Below, piece after piece: positions 1 through 8,031 of a stretch of 64,000 bases of DNA (the stretch's first letter is position 1; every line of letters starts with the position of its first letter). The notes below the pieces were generated by a model, which ran no database searches, was not told the origin of the DNA, and saw only the letters and a program-made list of their open reading frames with translations. The DNA is from Parcubacteria group bacterium. Lineage in GTDB: Bacteria > Patescibacteriota > Minisyncoccia > Minisyncoccales > UBA10102. The translations under genes and the position numbers were made by a program. Where the stretch lies: contig JACQLT010000001.1 in NCBI GenBank assembly GCA_016203945.1, forward strand, positions 6,645 to 70,644, written 5' to 3'.

Positions 1-73
1 GCTTGGCGTTCGTGCTTTGTTCTTCTGCGGGAGCTGTCTTTGAAGTTTTCGTGAAAAGTTGCGATTGCTTCAT
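1..73 (-). CDS. proS: prolyl-tRNA synthetase, first 24 codons only (gene runs off left edge)
   Basis: Reverse complement of 1-73 starts ATG and reads MKQSQLFTKTSKTAPAEEQSTNAK, a typical ProRS N-terminus; truncated so absent from ORF track. Confidence 0.5.
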   Translation of the reverse strand, partial: MKQSQLFTKTSKTAPAEEQSTNAK

Positions 74-74
74 G

Positions 75-1157
75 CTAATTTCCGGTTAAGCGACTAATAT
101 CCTGAAGGGTGACAAATAGGAGAAGAGAAATAAGGATGAGGAAGAATGCGGCATGGATGCGCTGTTCAATCCGCGCCTGCACCGGCTTCTTGCGTATCGC
201 TTCAATCGCGAGAAAGAGCAGCTTTCCTCCGTCAACCGCTGGAATAGGCAATGCGTTGAATACTGCAAGATAGACGGCAAGCAACGCCAGGAGCAAAAGG
301 AACGAAGCTAGGCCTCCGGCAAATGCGTTCTGCAGAAGGTCGAAAATGCCAACGACCCCCAGGAATTGCGTCCCTGCAGGAACTCCCCGGAAGCTCACGA
401 GGCCCGCCACCAGCTGCCATAGCCCCTGCACGACCTGCACCGTGAACTGCCAGGTGAACAGGAATCCTTTCACCGGAGCCTCATACCAGGGATATGAAAC
501 CAGGGCCGTTCTCGCAAGCGCAACCCCCAAAGGACCTTGGCCTTCGGGAACCCGCTCTCGGACGTTGAGCGTTACTTCATAGCTCTCCTTGCCAGAGCGT
601 ACACGCATGATTATATCCTGCCCTGCATGGCCCTGGGTAAACTCCTGCACCGCAGACACGGTGTTCATCTCTATGGGAAGCTCCTGAGTTCGGAATCCCT
701 CAATCACGTCCCCCACGGCTAGCCCCGCAGCAGCAGCCGGAGATCCGGGAACCACAGCAACTATCTGTACCTGAGCGTTTCCCGGATACTCATCTTGCAC
801 CTGGCTCGGAATGCCGAAGGTGGCTCCCAGAAAGGTAAGGATGAGAAACGCCACCAGCCAGAACGCAACCACGCCCGAAGCCACGATGAAGGAGCGCTGC
901 AGCACAGACTTGCCAGCATAGCTGCAGTTCCCAGCCATACCCGTTCCCTCTTCCCCTTCCAGGCGCACGAACGCACCCAGAGGAAGAAGGTTCAAGGAAT
1001 ACAGCGTTTCTCCCAAGCGCACTCCTGCAATGCGCGGAGGAAGCCCGACGCCGAACTCTTCCACCTTGACGCCGAATTTCTTTGCAACCAGAAAGTGCCC
1101 GAGCTCGTGCAGCACGACAAGCACAATCAAACTGATGAACACGATAAGTATGGTCAT
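75..1157 (-). CDS. rseP: RIP site-2 metalloprotease, M50 family (RseP-like)
   Basis: HELGH zinc motif in first TM helix, PDZ-like centre, C-terminal NALPIPAVDGG motif. Confidence 0.85.
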   Translation of the reverse strand: MTILIVFISLIVLVVLHELGHFLVAKKFGVKVEEFGVGLPPRIAGVRLGETLYSLNLLPLGAFVRLEGEEGTGMAGNCSYAGKSVLQRSFIVASGVVAFWLVAFLILTFLGATFGIPSQVQDEYPGNAQVQIVAVVPGSPAAAAGLAVGDVIEGFRTQELPIEMNTVSAVQEFTQGHAGQDIIMRVRSGKESYEVTLNVRERVPEGQGPLGVALARTALVSYPWYEAPVKGFLFTWQFTVQVVQGLWQLVAGLVSFRGVPAGTQFLGVVGIFDLLQNAFAGGLASFLLLLALLAVYLAVFNALPIPAVDGGKLLFLAIEAIRKKPVQARIEQRIHAAFFLILISLLLFVTLQDISRLTGN

Positions 1158-1708
1158 CCCTGTAATTCCTTAATTTTGCGCTCTTTCAAGGATTCAATCT
1201 TGCCCTGGTATTCGTCCACGAATTTCTGCAGCTCGTCCTTTCCCTTGAACTTTGCGTCTTCTCTGATTGTTCCTGTCCTTGACCAATTTTGCAACTGATC
1301 CCATGCGTCCTCTCTGCATTTCCGGATCGTCTTGCGCGCCTCTTCTGCTTTCATGCTGATCGCTTTTGCAAGGCTCTTGCGGAATTCCTCGGTCAGAGGA
1401 GGAAATGACAAACGGATCGTATCCTTATCCACGATAGGGGAAGCCCCCATGGAAGCCGCGAACAGCGCCTTTTCAATGGGTTCCAAATACGACCTGTCCC
1501 AGGGCTGTATGAGGAGGGAACGAGGCTCTGGGCAAGAAATTGAGGCCAGCTGTTTCAGAACCATCTTCTGGGAAAACGCCGTGACCTGAATATCCTCCAC
1601 CATGGCAGGAGAAGCGTGGGACGTGCGGACCTTGGAAAGCTCCTTTACAAAGAAGTCCAGTGCTTTTCCCATATCCTGTCGGGTTTTTACAAGAAGTTCT
1701 TTTTCCAT
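1154..1708 (-). CDS. frr: ribosome recycling factor
   Basis: 184 aa, full-length RRF-like sequence; 4-nt overlap with rseP start. Confidence 0.9.
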   Translation of the reverse strand: MEKELLVKTRQDMGKALDFFVKELSKVRTSHASPAMVEDIQVTAFSQKMVLKQLASISCPEPRSLLIQPWDRSYLEPIEKALFAASMGASPIVDKDTIRLSFPPLTEEFRKSLAKAISMKAEEARKTIRKCREDAWDQLQNWSRTGTIREDAKFKGKDELQKFVDEYQGKIESLKERKIKELQG

Positions 1709-1732
1709 GCGAAAATAAATTATTTATTTGAG
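1706..1732 (-). repeat. AT-rich start-proximal repeat (frr copy)
   Basis: catgcgaaaataaattatttatttgag, near-identical to 7161-7188. Confidence 0.8.
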
Positions 1733-1738
1733 CGCTCG

Positions 1739-2458
1739 TTAGAGGGCCAAGAGCACGTGCTCTAAAGCAAGACGGGTATTCACGTTCGTGGTGCGCAGCA
1801 TGAGCCAGGATTCTTGCATTCTCTCAAGAAGCGTCTGTAATGAAACAGGGAACGCAGATACTCTGGACTTCTCTAAGAAGAGAGTGTGAAGCCGGTCTTG
1901 CCAAGCCTCAAGCATAGAGATGACGTGCTCTGCGTCTTCCGCTTTCTCTTTCGCAAAAGCAAGGCGGCTGCGCAATGAAGATTTTTTCAGGCGGGAAAGC
2001 TCCTTTACATATGCTTCCTGCTCTTTATTTGGTTCGGCATATGGAGAAAAGAAGGGTATGTTTTGAAGCCTGGATCTGAGCGGCGAGGAGAGAAGCTGAG
2101 CCGGGTGTGCGAGCAAAAAAAACAGTACTGAGGAACTCGGCTCTTCCAGTATCTTGAGTAAAGCCGCCTGGCTCTCTTTCCCCATGTCTTGGGCTTCTTG
2201 AATAACGACGATCCTGAAAGGTGACTGGGCTGGAGTAAGCGAAGCGAAACGGCGAATCTCCTGCACCTTGGCTATCGCAGGACCCTCTGTAACCCAAAGA
2301 ACATCCCGGTGCGTATCCGTATATTCTCCCAGCAGATAGCGCAGGAGCTCCCGCACGGATTTGAGCTTGCGCTCTTTTGCGTTTCCGGACAACAGATAGG
2401 CATGGCTCATCCTCTCTTGCTCGGCTGACTTGAGGAGGAATGCTGAAGGATTTTTCAT
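1739..2458 (-). CDS. holB: DNA polymerase III delta-prime subunit
   Basis: HAYLLSG..., ALLKILEEP, SRLQ motifs; start moved to MKNPSAF (ATGA overlap with mreB stop) instead of ORF-track 2530. Confidence 0.65.
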   Translation of the reverse strand: MKNPSAFLLKSAEQERMSHAYLLSGNAKERKLKSVRELLRYLLGEYTDTHRDVLWVTEGPAIAKVQEIRRFASLTPAQSPFRIVVIQEAQDMGKESQAALLKILEEPSSSVLFFLLAHPAQLLSSPLRSRLQNIPFFSPYAEPNKEQEAYVKELSRLKKSSLRSRLAFAKEKAEDAEHVISMLEAWQDRLHTLFLEKSRVSAFPVSLQTLLERMQESWLMLRTTNVNTRLALEHVLLAL

Positions 2459-3468
2459 CGTTTTGTCATGATGCTGCGTTTGTATATCTCCAGGTTCTCC
2501 AAAACCACGCCGGTTCCCTTTGCAGCGCACAGCAGGGGTTCATCTGCGATAAAGCAGGGGACGCCGATTGCGCGCGAGATGAGTTGGTCCAGGTTCCTCA
2601 GTAGAGCCCCGCCTCCGGAAAGCACCATTCCCTTATCCATGATATCTGCGGAAAGCTCGGGGGGGGTATCATGCAGTAGAGCTTTGATGACTTGAATGAT
2701 TTCTCCGAGAGGTTCTTTCAGGGCTTCTGCGACATCGTTTGACGAAACCTTTATCGTCTTTGGCAGCCCAAGCAACAAATCCCTTCCCCGTACTTCTACG
2801 ACCTGCTCTTGCTTTTCTGGCAGCGCGCTTCCCACCTGTATCTTAATTTCTTCTGCGGTCTTCTCTCCCACGGCCACGTTATGCTTCTTCTTTATGAAGT
2901 CGGCGATTGCCTGATCGAACCGATCCCCTGCGACGCGCAAGGAAGCGAACGCAACCATCCCTCCCAGCGATATGACTGCAACCTCGGCCGTTCCTCCCCC
3001 GATGTTCACAATCATATGCCCCGAGGAAGAGTTGATGGGAATGCCAGCCCCAATGGCAGCCAAAATAGGCTCTTTTGCAATGTATGTGGCTCTGGCTCCC
3101 GCTTTGGTGGCTGCCTCGATCACGGCCCGGCGTTCGGTAGACGTGATGCCAGCTGGCACGGAAACCAATACTTCCGGCTTGAAAAACTGGAGTCCTGGCA
3201 CTACCCTTCTCAGAAAATATCTGATCATGGCGAGCGTCACGCGGAAATCCGCAATGACTCCGTCCCTCATGGGGCGGTACACGCGAATCGTATCCGGAGT
3301 GCGGCCGGTCATCTCCTTGGCGGCAGCTCCCACGGCTAAAATCCTGTTTTCGCCCAAAGACACCGCAACCACGGAGGGCTCCGAAAGAACCACTCCTTTC
3401 CCCGGAACGAACACCAGTGAGTTGCACGTTCCCAGATCAATGCCGATTTTTGTGATGAAAAATGCCAT
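2455..3468 (-). CDS. mreB: rod shape-determining protein MreB
   Basis: Actin-fold motifs IGIDLGTCNS, NIGGGTAEVAV, LSGGGALL. Confidence 0.92.
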   Translation of the reverse strand: MAFFITKIGIDLGTCNSLVFVPGKGVVLSEPSVVAVSLGENRILAVGAAAKEMTGRTPDTIRVYRPMRDGVIADFRVTLAMIRYFLRRVVPGLQFFKPEVLVSVPAGITSTERRAVIEAATKAGARATYIAKEPILAAIGAGIPINSSSGHMIVNIGGGTAEVAVISLGGMVAFASLRVAGDRFDQAIADFIKKKHNVAVGEKTAEEIKIQVGSALPEKQEQVVEVRGRDLLLGLPKTIKVSSNDVAEALKEPLGEIIQVIKALLHDTPPELSADIMDKGMVLSGGGALLRNLDQLISRAIGVPCFIADEPLLCAAKGTGVVLENLEIYKRSIMTKR

Positions 3469-3480
3469 TATAAAATAGAC

Positions 3481-4761
3481 TCATGCTTGCGTTACCCGTT
3501 TGATTCTTGCTCCCAGCTTCTGAAGGCGTTCCTCAATGCGTTCATATCCCCGATCAATCTGATAGATATTGTTAATGGTGCTCCTGCCTTTTGCGATAAG
3601 AGCGGCCATGAGAAGCGCTGCTCCCCCCCGGATGTCAAAGGTGCCGAGATCCGTTCCCTGCAGCTGGGTGGGGCCGTTGATGATGGCGCGGTGAGGGTCT
3701 GCGATGTAAATCTGGGCTCCCATTTTGTTCAATTCTTCCAAATACTTCAGCCGGCTCTCGTATAGAGGATCGTGCAGCAAGGTAGACCCTTGGGCTTGCG
3801 TAGCCAATACTCCGAATGCGTTCTGAAGATCAGATGCAATGCCGGGATAAATGAAACTCTGGATGTGTTCAATCCTGATGGACTTGGCGGGAAGCACCCG
3901 CACGTGAGCAAAGCCCTTCTTCTTGTTCCCAATCTTTACCTTGGCTCCGGCTTCCTTCAGGCGCTTGAAAAATAGATCCAGATAGCGAACTTCCACATTC
4001 TTTACCAGCACGGTTCCCTTTGTCCCGATCGCAAGCAGGATAAAAGTGGCGGCCTCAATGGGATCATACGACAGTGTGTGATGAAATCCTCTAAGATTCT
4101 TTTTGCCCTGAACCTCAAACACGTGAGGGCTAAGCTGCCGTATGGCAGCCCCCATGCTCTGTAATACCGAAACGAGTTCTTGGGTCTGGTAGTCCTGGTC
4201 TGCAATTTTAAGAAGCACCGGCGAGGACAGATGCGCCGCAAACAAGAGTGTATTGCAGGTTCCGGTCACAGAAAACTCGTTCAGCACCACCTCTCCTCCC
4301 TTTGAAGGGCGTTCTAAATTAAGGCTCACGCCCGTTTTATTTTTCCGAACCTTCGCTCCCAATTGCAAAAACGCGTCCAAGTGCGTATCAATGGGACGAG
4401 CTCCGATGATATCTCCTCCGGGCTGGGGAAGAGAAACTTTACCGAATCTGGCAAGAAGAGGGCCTAAAAAAAGGACGCTCCCGCGGAGCCGTAATACGGT
4501 CTCCCGCTTCATCAAAGAAGGGTTGAGTTTTGCGGTGTTCACGAGGATCCTGCGCTTTCTCTGCCACACGATTGTAGCTCCCATACTCTCCAATATCTCA
4601 AGCATGCGGAACACGTCTTCAATGAGCGGAAGATTGTCAATCACGCAGTCTTTTTTCGTAAGAATGGTGGCGGCTAAGACGGGAAATACTGCGTTCTTCG
4701 CCCCCCTCACCTCAATGGTTCCTCGCAAAGGCTTTCCTCCTTTGATGACGAACATTTCCAT
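3481..4761 (-). CDS. murA: UDP-N-acetylglucosamine 1-carboxyvinyltransferase
   Basis: 426 aa MurA-like; catalytic loop reads PGGDIIGARPID (Asp where E. coli has Cys115). Confidence 0.9.
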   Translation of the reverse strand: MEMFVIKGGKPLRGTIEVRGAKNAVFPVLAATILTKKDCVIDNLPLIEDVFRMLEILESMGATIVWQRKRRILVNTAKLNPSLMKRETVLRLRGSVLFLGPLLARFGKVSLPQPGGDIIGARPIDTHLDAFLQLGAKVRKNKTGVSLNLERPSKGGEVVLNEFSVTGTCNTLLFAAHLSSPVLLKIADQDYQTQELVSVLQSMGAAIRQLSPHVFEVQGKKNLRGFHHTLSYDPIEAATFILLAIGTKGTVLVKNVEVRYLDLFFKRLKEAGAKVKIGNKKKGFAHVRVLPAKSIRIEHIQSFIYPGIASDLQNAFGVLATQAQGSTLLHDPLYESRLKYLEELNKMGAQIYIADPHRAIINGPTQLQGTDLGTFDIRGGAALLMAALIAKGRSTINNIYQIDRGYERIEERLQKLGARIKRVTQA

Positions 4762-4767
4762 GCGCCT

Positions 4768-4796
4768 ATGGTATCGTGAAATATGATATAATGCAA
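4768..4796 (-). promoter_or_regulatory. murA promoter, leaderless type
   Basis: TTGCAT-17-TACCAT then 6 nt to ATG. Confidence 0.5.
4784..4792 (+). promoter_or_regulatory. extended -10 for PEGA gene, leaderless type
   Basis: TGaTATAAT, 7 nt to ATG 4800. Confidence 0.5.
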
Positions 4797-4799
4797 CAG

Positions 4800-5918
4800 A
4801 TGACCAAACGCACGAGAACTCTTCTCTTTTTCTCTTTGGTGCTGCTTTTCTCCGTGGTAGCTCCAGCCCTCATTTTGTACTCGTTGGGGTATCGCGTTGA
4901 CTGGCAAGAAGGAAGTATTGCCCAAACAGGAGGCCTTTATATTAAAACGGATCCTGCCAATGCCGTTATTTCTATCAATGGCAAGCAAGAAAAGAAAACT
5001 GATTTCCTCTTCGGCGAGCTTTTTGTGGATAACCTGCTTCCCGGAACCTACGCGGTGAAGATAGAAAAGGAAGGATACAAGCCCTGGCAGAAAAATCTTG
5101 TAGTACAAGCAAAGCAGGTGACGGAGGCGAAAAATATCATGCTATTTCCAGCCCAGACCGCCCTCAAAACACTGTTTGATTCTGTCGAGGAGGTATGGCC
5201 ATCTCCCGACTTGAACCTCCTCCTGCTTCAGCAAACATCCCCCCAAAGAGAAAGACACCTCTTGCTCTGGAACCCCAGAACCAACAAAGAGACCCCTGTA
5301 ATACAGCGGCTCACTTTTACTCAGAAAATCCAAAGCGTTCAATGGGATAAAAACGGAAAGGCCTTCCTTGTCCAGTTCCAGAAAGGAGGAGGCCAACCCC
5401 TGGTATTTAATGAGCAGGGAGAACCCTGCAAGGAATCTTTCTGTCTTGAGAACATTCTCAAGATTCAGCCCACGGACCAAGAAAAATTTCTTTCTGCCGC
5501 AGAAGAATCCTTGCGGCAGATTTTTCCTCAGATACAAGAACGAGCGCTCAGCCCTGATGAAAAGAAAATAGCCCTGACACAGGGTTCTGAGCTCTGGCTC
5601 CTCTACCTTCAGGACGACGAAGGTCAGCCCAAAAGAACTAAAGGAGAGCGGGTATTCTTAAGCAGGTTTGGAGAACAGATACAGAACCTTTCTTGGGTGA
5701 GCAACCACTATCTTCTATTGGGTATTGGCGGCGACGTTCGGATCGTAGAGATTGATGACCGAGATTCTCTGAATACGATCTCTTTGGGCTCATTCCCTGC
5801 CTTGCCTGCCTCGCCGGTAGGCGGGCCAAACCTTCGTATTTTCTGGGACAACAAAGAAAAAGTTATCTACATCCTGGGCAACGGCATCCTCTCGGTTTCA
5901 GAAAAACTCCTCCGATAG
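4800..5918 (+). CDS. membrane-anchored PEGA-domain protein
   Basis: N-terminal TM helix then PEGA-like block (YIKTDPANAVISINGK...LLPGTYAVKIEKEGYKPW); ATG 4800 preferred over GTG 4776 because TGaTATAAT lies 7 nt upstream. Confidence 0.6.
   Translation: MTKRTRTLLFFSLVLLFSVVAPALILYSLGYRVDWQEGSIAQTGGLYIKTDPANAVISINGKQEKKTDFLFGELFVDNLLPGTYAVKIEKEGYKPWQKNLVVQAKQVTEAKNIMLFPAQTALKTLFDSVEEVWPSPDLNLLLLQQTSPQRERHLLLWNPRTNKETPVIQRLTFTQKIQSVQWDKNGKAFLVQFQKGGGQPLVFNEQGEPCKESFCLENILKIQPTDQEKFLSAAEESLRQIFPQIQERALSPDEKKIALTQGSELWLLYLQDDEGQPKRTKGERVFLSRFGEQIQNLSWVSNHYLLLGIGGDVRIVEIDDRDSLNTISLGSFPALPASPVGGPNLRIFWDNKEKVIYILGNGILSVSEKLLR
5796..5825 (+). repeat. hybrid A/B-like 30-nt element in plus-strand PEGA gene
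   Basis: cctgccttgcc (first 11 nt of family B) + tgcctcgccggtaggcggg (family-A-like hairpin); encodes PALPASPVGG. Confidence 0.45.
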
Positions 5919-5930
5919 AACCCAGCTGGT

Positions 5931-5951
5931 GTTAGACATCGGATGTCTAAC
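5931..5951. terminator. bidirectional hairpin between convergent PEGA gene and rpsI
   Basis: gttagacat-cgg-atgtctaac, perfect 9-bp stem, T-rich flank. Confidence 0.55.
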
Positions 5952-5987
5952 ATTCTATATCTTGAGCGACGGTATGCTCTCGGTAAA

Positions 5988-6437
5988 CTACCGTTTCCTC
6001 CACTGCGTGGCGCGGCGGGCTCGGTGAAGTCCGAACTTCTTGCGCTCGCGCATGCGGGGATCTCTCGTTAAGAATCCAAGCGCTCTCAAGCGGCTTCTCA
6101 GCTCGGGGTCTCCTGCGACAAGAGCACGAGCTACGCCGTGACGGATGGCTTCTGCCTGAGCTGGCAATCCCCCGCCCTTCGTCAACACCTTCACCAAGAA
6201 AGAATCTTCTGTGCCGGCTTTTTCCAAAGATTCCTTGGCTACCCGCTGGAGTTCTGAATCCTGAAAGTATTGCTCCACCGGTTTCTCGTTCACCGTGAAT
6301 TTCTGCTCTTTAGTTTTTGAGGATGTAGGCCAAAGACGGACACGCGCCGTTGCGGTCTTTCTCCGTCCTACCCCCTCCAGATATTTGCCTGCCTGCGCAG
6401 GCAGGCCTTCTTTGTTGGTTTCTTTCTGCGCCGCCAT
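5988..6437 (-). CDS. rpsI: 30S ribosomal protein S9
   Basis: C-terminal ...GGGLPAQAEAIRHGVARAL...RKKFGLHRARRATQWRKR; start at MAAQKE (alternative 6452). Confidence 0.9.
   Translation of the reverse strand: MAAQKETNKEGLPAQAGKYLEGVGRRKTATARVRLWPTSSKTKEQKFTVNEKPVEQYFQDSELQRVAKESLEKAGTEDSFLVKVLTKGGGLPAQAEAIRHGVARALVAGDPELRSRLRALGFLTRDPRMRERKKFGLHRARRATQWRKR
6387..6406 (-). repeat. family B short variant (perfect 20-nt palindrome), rpsI copy
   Basis: gcctgcctgcgcaggcaggc; encodes (G)LPAQAG. Confidence 0.7.
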
Positions 6438-6441
6438 ATGG

Positions 6442-6804
6442 TTATGCCTCAATCGTCAATCGTTTGATAGTTTTGTTGCGCAGCCGGTTCTTGGGCAGCA
6501 TACCAAAGACGGCCCTTCTCAGTACTTCTGTCGGACGCTTGGCAAAAAGCGCCGCAAGAGGCTCTTTATGCAATCCTCCCATATATCCTGAGTGAGTGTA
6601 GTATATCTTCTGGCTGAGCTTCTTTCCGCTCAGCCTGATGCGCTTTGCGTTCTTCACGAGCACACGAGCCTCGCCGTCTATGTGGTGGCGAAAATCCACC
6701 CTGTTCTTGCCGCGCAGCAAAACCGCAACACGCACAGCCAACCTGCCCAAGGGCTGGTCGGTAGCGTCTACGACATGCGCGGGTTGTTTCTTGTTCTGTT
6801 CCAT
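6442..6804 (-). CDS. rplM: 50S ribosomal protein L13
   Basis: L13-like 120 aa, conserved rplM-rpsI pair. Confidence 0.9.
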   Translation of the reverse strand: MEQNKKQPAHVVDATDQPLGRLAVRVAVLLRGKNRVDFRHHIDGEARVLVKNAKRIRLSGKKLSQKIYYTHSGYMGGLHKEPLAALFAKRPTEVLRRAVFGMLPKNRLRNKTIKRLTIEA

Positions 6805-6812
6805 ACTATGCG

Positions 6813-7163
6813 TTATTGCACAAGCTCCAAAAGAGCCATGCGGGCTCCGTCGCTTCCCCGAACTCCAAGCTTGATAACACGGGTATAGCCCCCCCTCCTT
6901 TCTTTGTACCGGGGAGCTATTTCATCCAATAGTTTTTTTACCGCTCGCGCATCAAGATGCAAAGCCGCCTGCCTGCGAGCCATCATAGATCCTGTGCGCG
7001 TCTTGGTGATGAGCTTCTCTGCAAAGCGCCGCGTTTCCTTGGCCCGGGCTTCTGTCGTCTGGATGCGTCCCTTGATGATAAGGGCGCGGACAAGCGAATT
7101 CAAGAACGCCTTCCTGGGCGAGGCCATTCTTGAAAATTTTCTTCCCTGCTTTCTTTTTCGCAT
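6813..7163 (-). CDS. rplQ: 50S ribosomal protein L17
   Basis: L17-like (RKFSRMASPRKAFL...), follows rpoA. Confidence 0.9.
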   Translation of the reverse strand: MRKRKQGRKFSRMASPRKAFLNSLVRALIIKGRIQTTEARAKETRRFAEKLITKTRTGSMMARRQAALHLDARAVKKLLDEIAPRYKERRGGYTRVIKLGVRGSDGARMALLELVQ

Positions 7164-7188
7164 GCGAAAAATAAATTATTTATTTGAG
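7161..7188 (-). repeat. AT-rich start-proximal repeat (rplQ copy)
   Basis: catgcgaaaaataaattatttatttgag; includes rpoA stop; TTTTTCGCATGCGAAAAA palindrome centred on rplQ ATG. Confidence 0.8.
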
Positions 7189-7980
7189 TACCTTCTTCTT
7201 TGAAACCCGCTTCTTTCCGACAGCCGTTTTCCCCGCCTTGCTGCGAGGCAGGTTTGTCTTCTTCTCTTTCTTTTCCTCGGAGGGAGACGTTTCCTCTCTG
7301 CTCAGCCCTTCTCCGATGCGCTGGAATTGCCCCTGGAGGGTTTCGATTGCCTGCGCCAGGGCTGCTGTAGGAGTAAGCGCGCCGTCGGTCTCAATCTCTA
7401 GAATGAGCCGGTCAAAGTCGGTTCGCTCCCCAACACGCATGGCTTCCACCCGGAAGCTCACACGCCTGACAGGAGAGAAGACGGCGTCCAGGGCGATTGC
7501 TCCGATCTCTTGTTTTTCGCCTTTGCGCGCCTCCACGGCCACGTATCCGACGCCTCGCTCAATGCGCAGTTCCATGTCCAGCTCCGCGTGCTTATCCTGC
7601 AAGGTAGCGATGGCCATATCCTTGTTTATCACCTGAACCTCAGAGGAGGTTTTGATATCTCCTGCTTTTACCTTTTTCTCTCCCTTTACCTTGAGGGTCA
7701 CCGCCTGAGGTTCGTCTGAAAACATGCGAAAGCGCACCTGCTTGAGGCGCAAAAGAATGGTCACTACATCTTCTGTAACTCCGGGAATGGCCGAAAACTC
7801 ATGGGCAACACCCTTGATCTTCACCTGAGTAATGGCTGCTCCCTGCAAAGAAGAAAGGAGCACCCGCCTGAGCGTGTTCCCAACGCTCACTCCATATCCA
7901 GGATACAAAGCTTCAATCTCAAACACTCCCTTGTTCTCTGTCTGTTGCACTGTTTTTGCTGGTTGTGGAAGAGGAATCAT
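7180..7980 (-). CDS. rpoA: DNA-directed RNA polymerase alpha subunit, N-terminal domain plus Lys-rich tail (no alpha-CTD)
   Basis: alpha-NTD similarity over about 225 aa; ends in SREETSPSEEKKEKKTNLPRSKAGKTAVGKKRVSKKKVLK. Confidence 0.85.
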   Translation of the reverse strand: MIPLPQPAKTVQQTENKGVFEIEALYPGYGVSVGNTLRRVLLSSLQGAAITQVKIKGVAHEFSAIPGVTEDVVTILLRLKQVRFRMFSDEPQAVTLKVKGEKKVKAGDIKTSSEVQVINKDMAIATLQDKHAELDMELRIERGVGYVAVEARKGEKQEIGAIALDAVFSPVRRVSFRVEAMRVGERTDFDRLILEIETDGALTPTAALAQAIETLQGQFQRIGEGLSREETSPSEEKKEKKTNLPRSKAGKTAVGKKRVSKKKVLK

Positions 7981-8031
7981 ATAAATAAATTAAAGTATGA
8001 ATGATTAACGGGAATAAGCAAAGCTTTTTCT

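Noticed and set aside
5024-5032. Third perfect DnaA box (tgtggataa)
   Set aside because: It lies inside the PEGA coding sequence (FVDNL) with no neighbouring boxes, which is consistent with chance.
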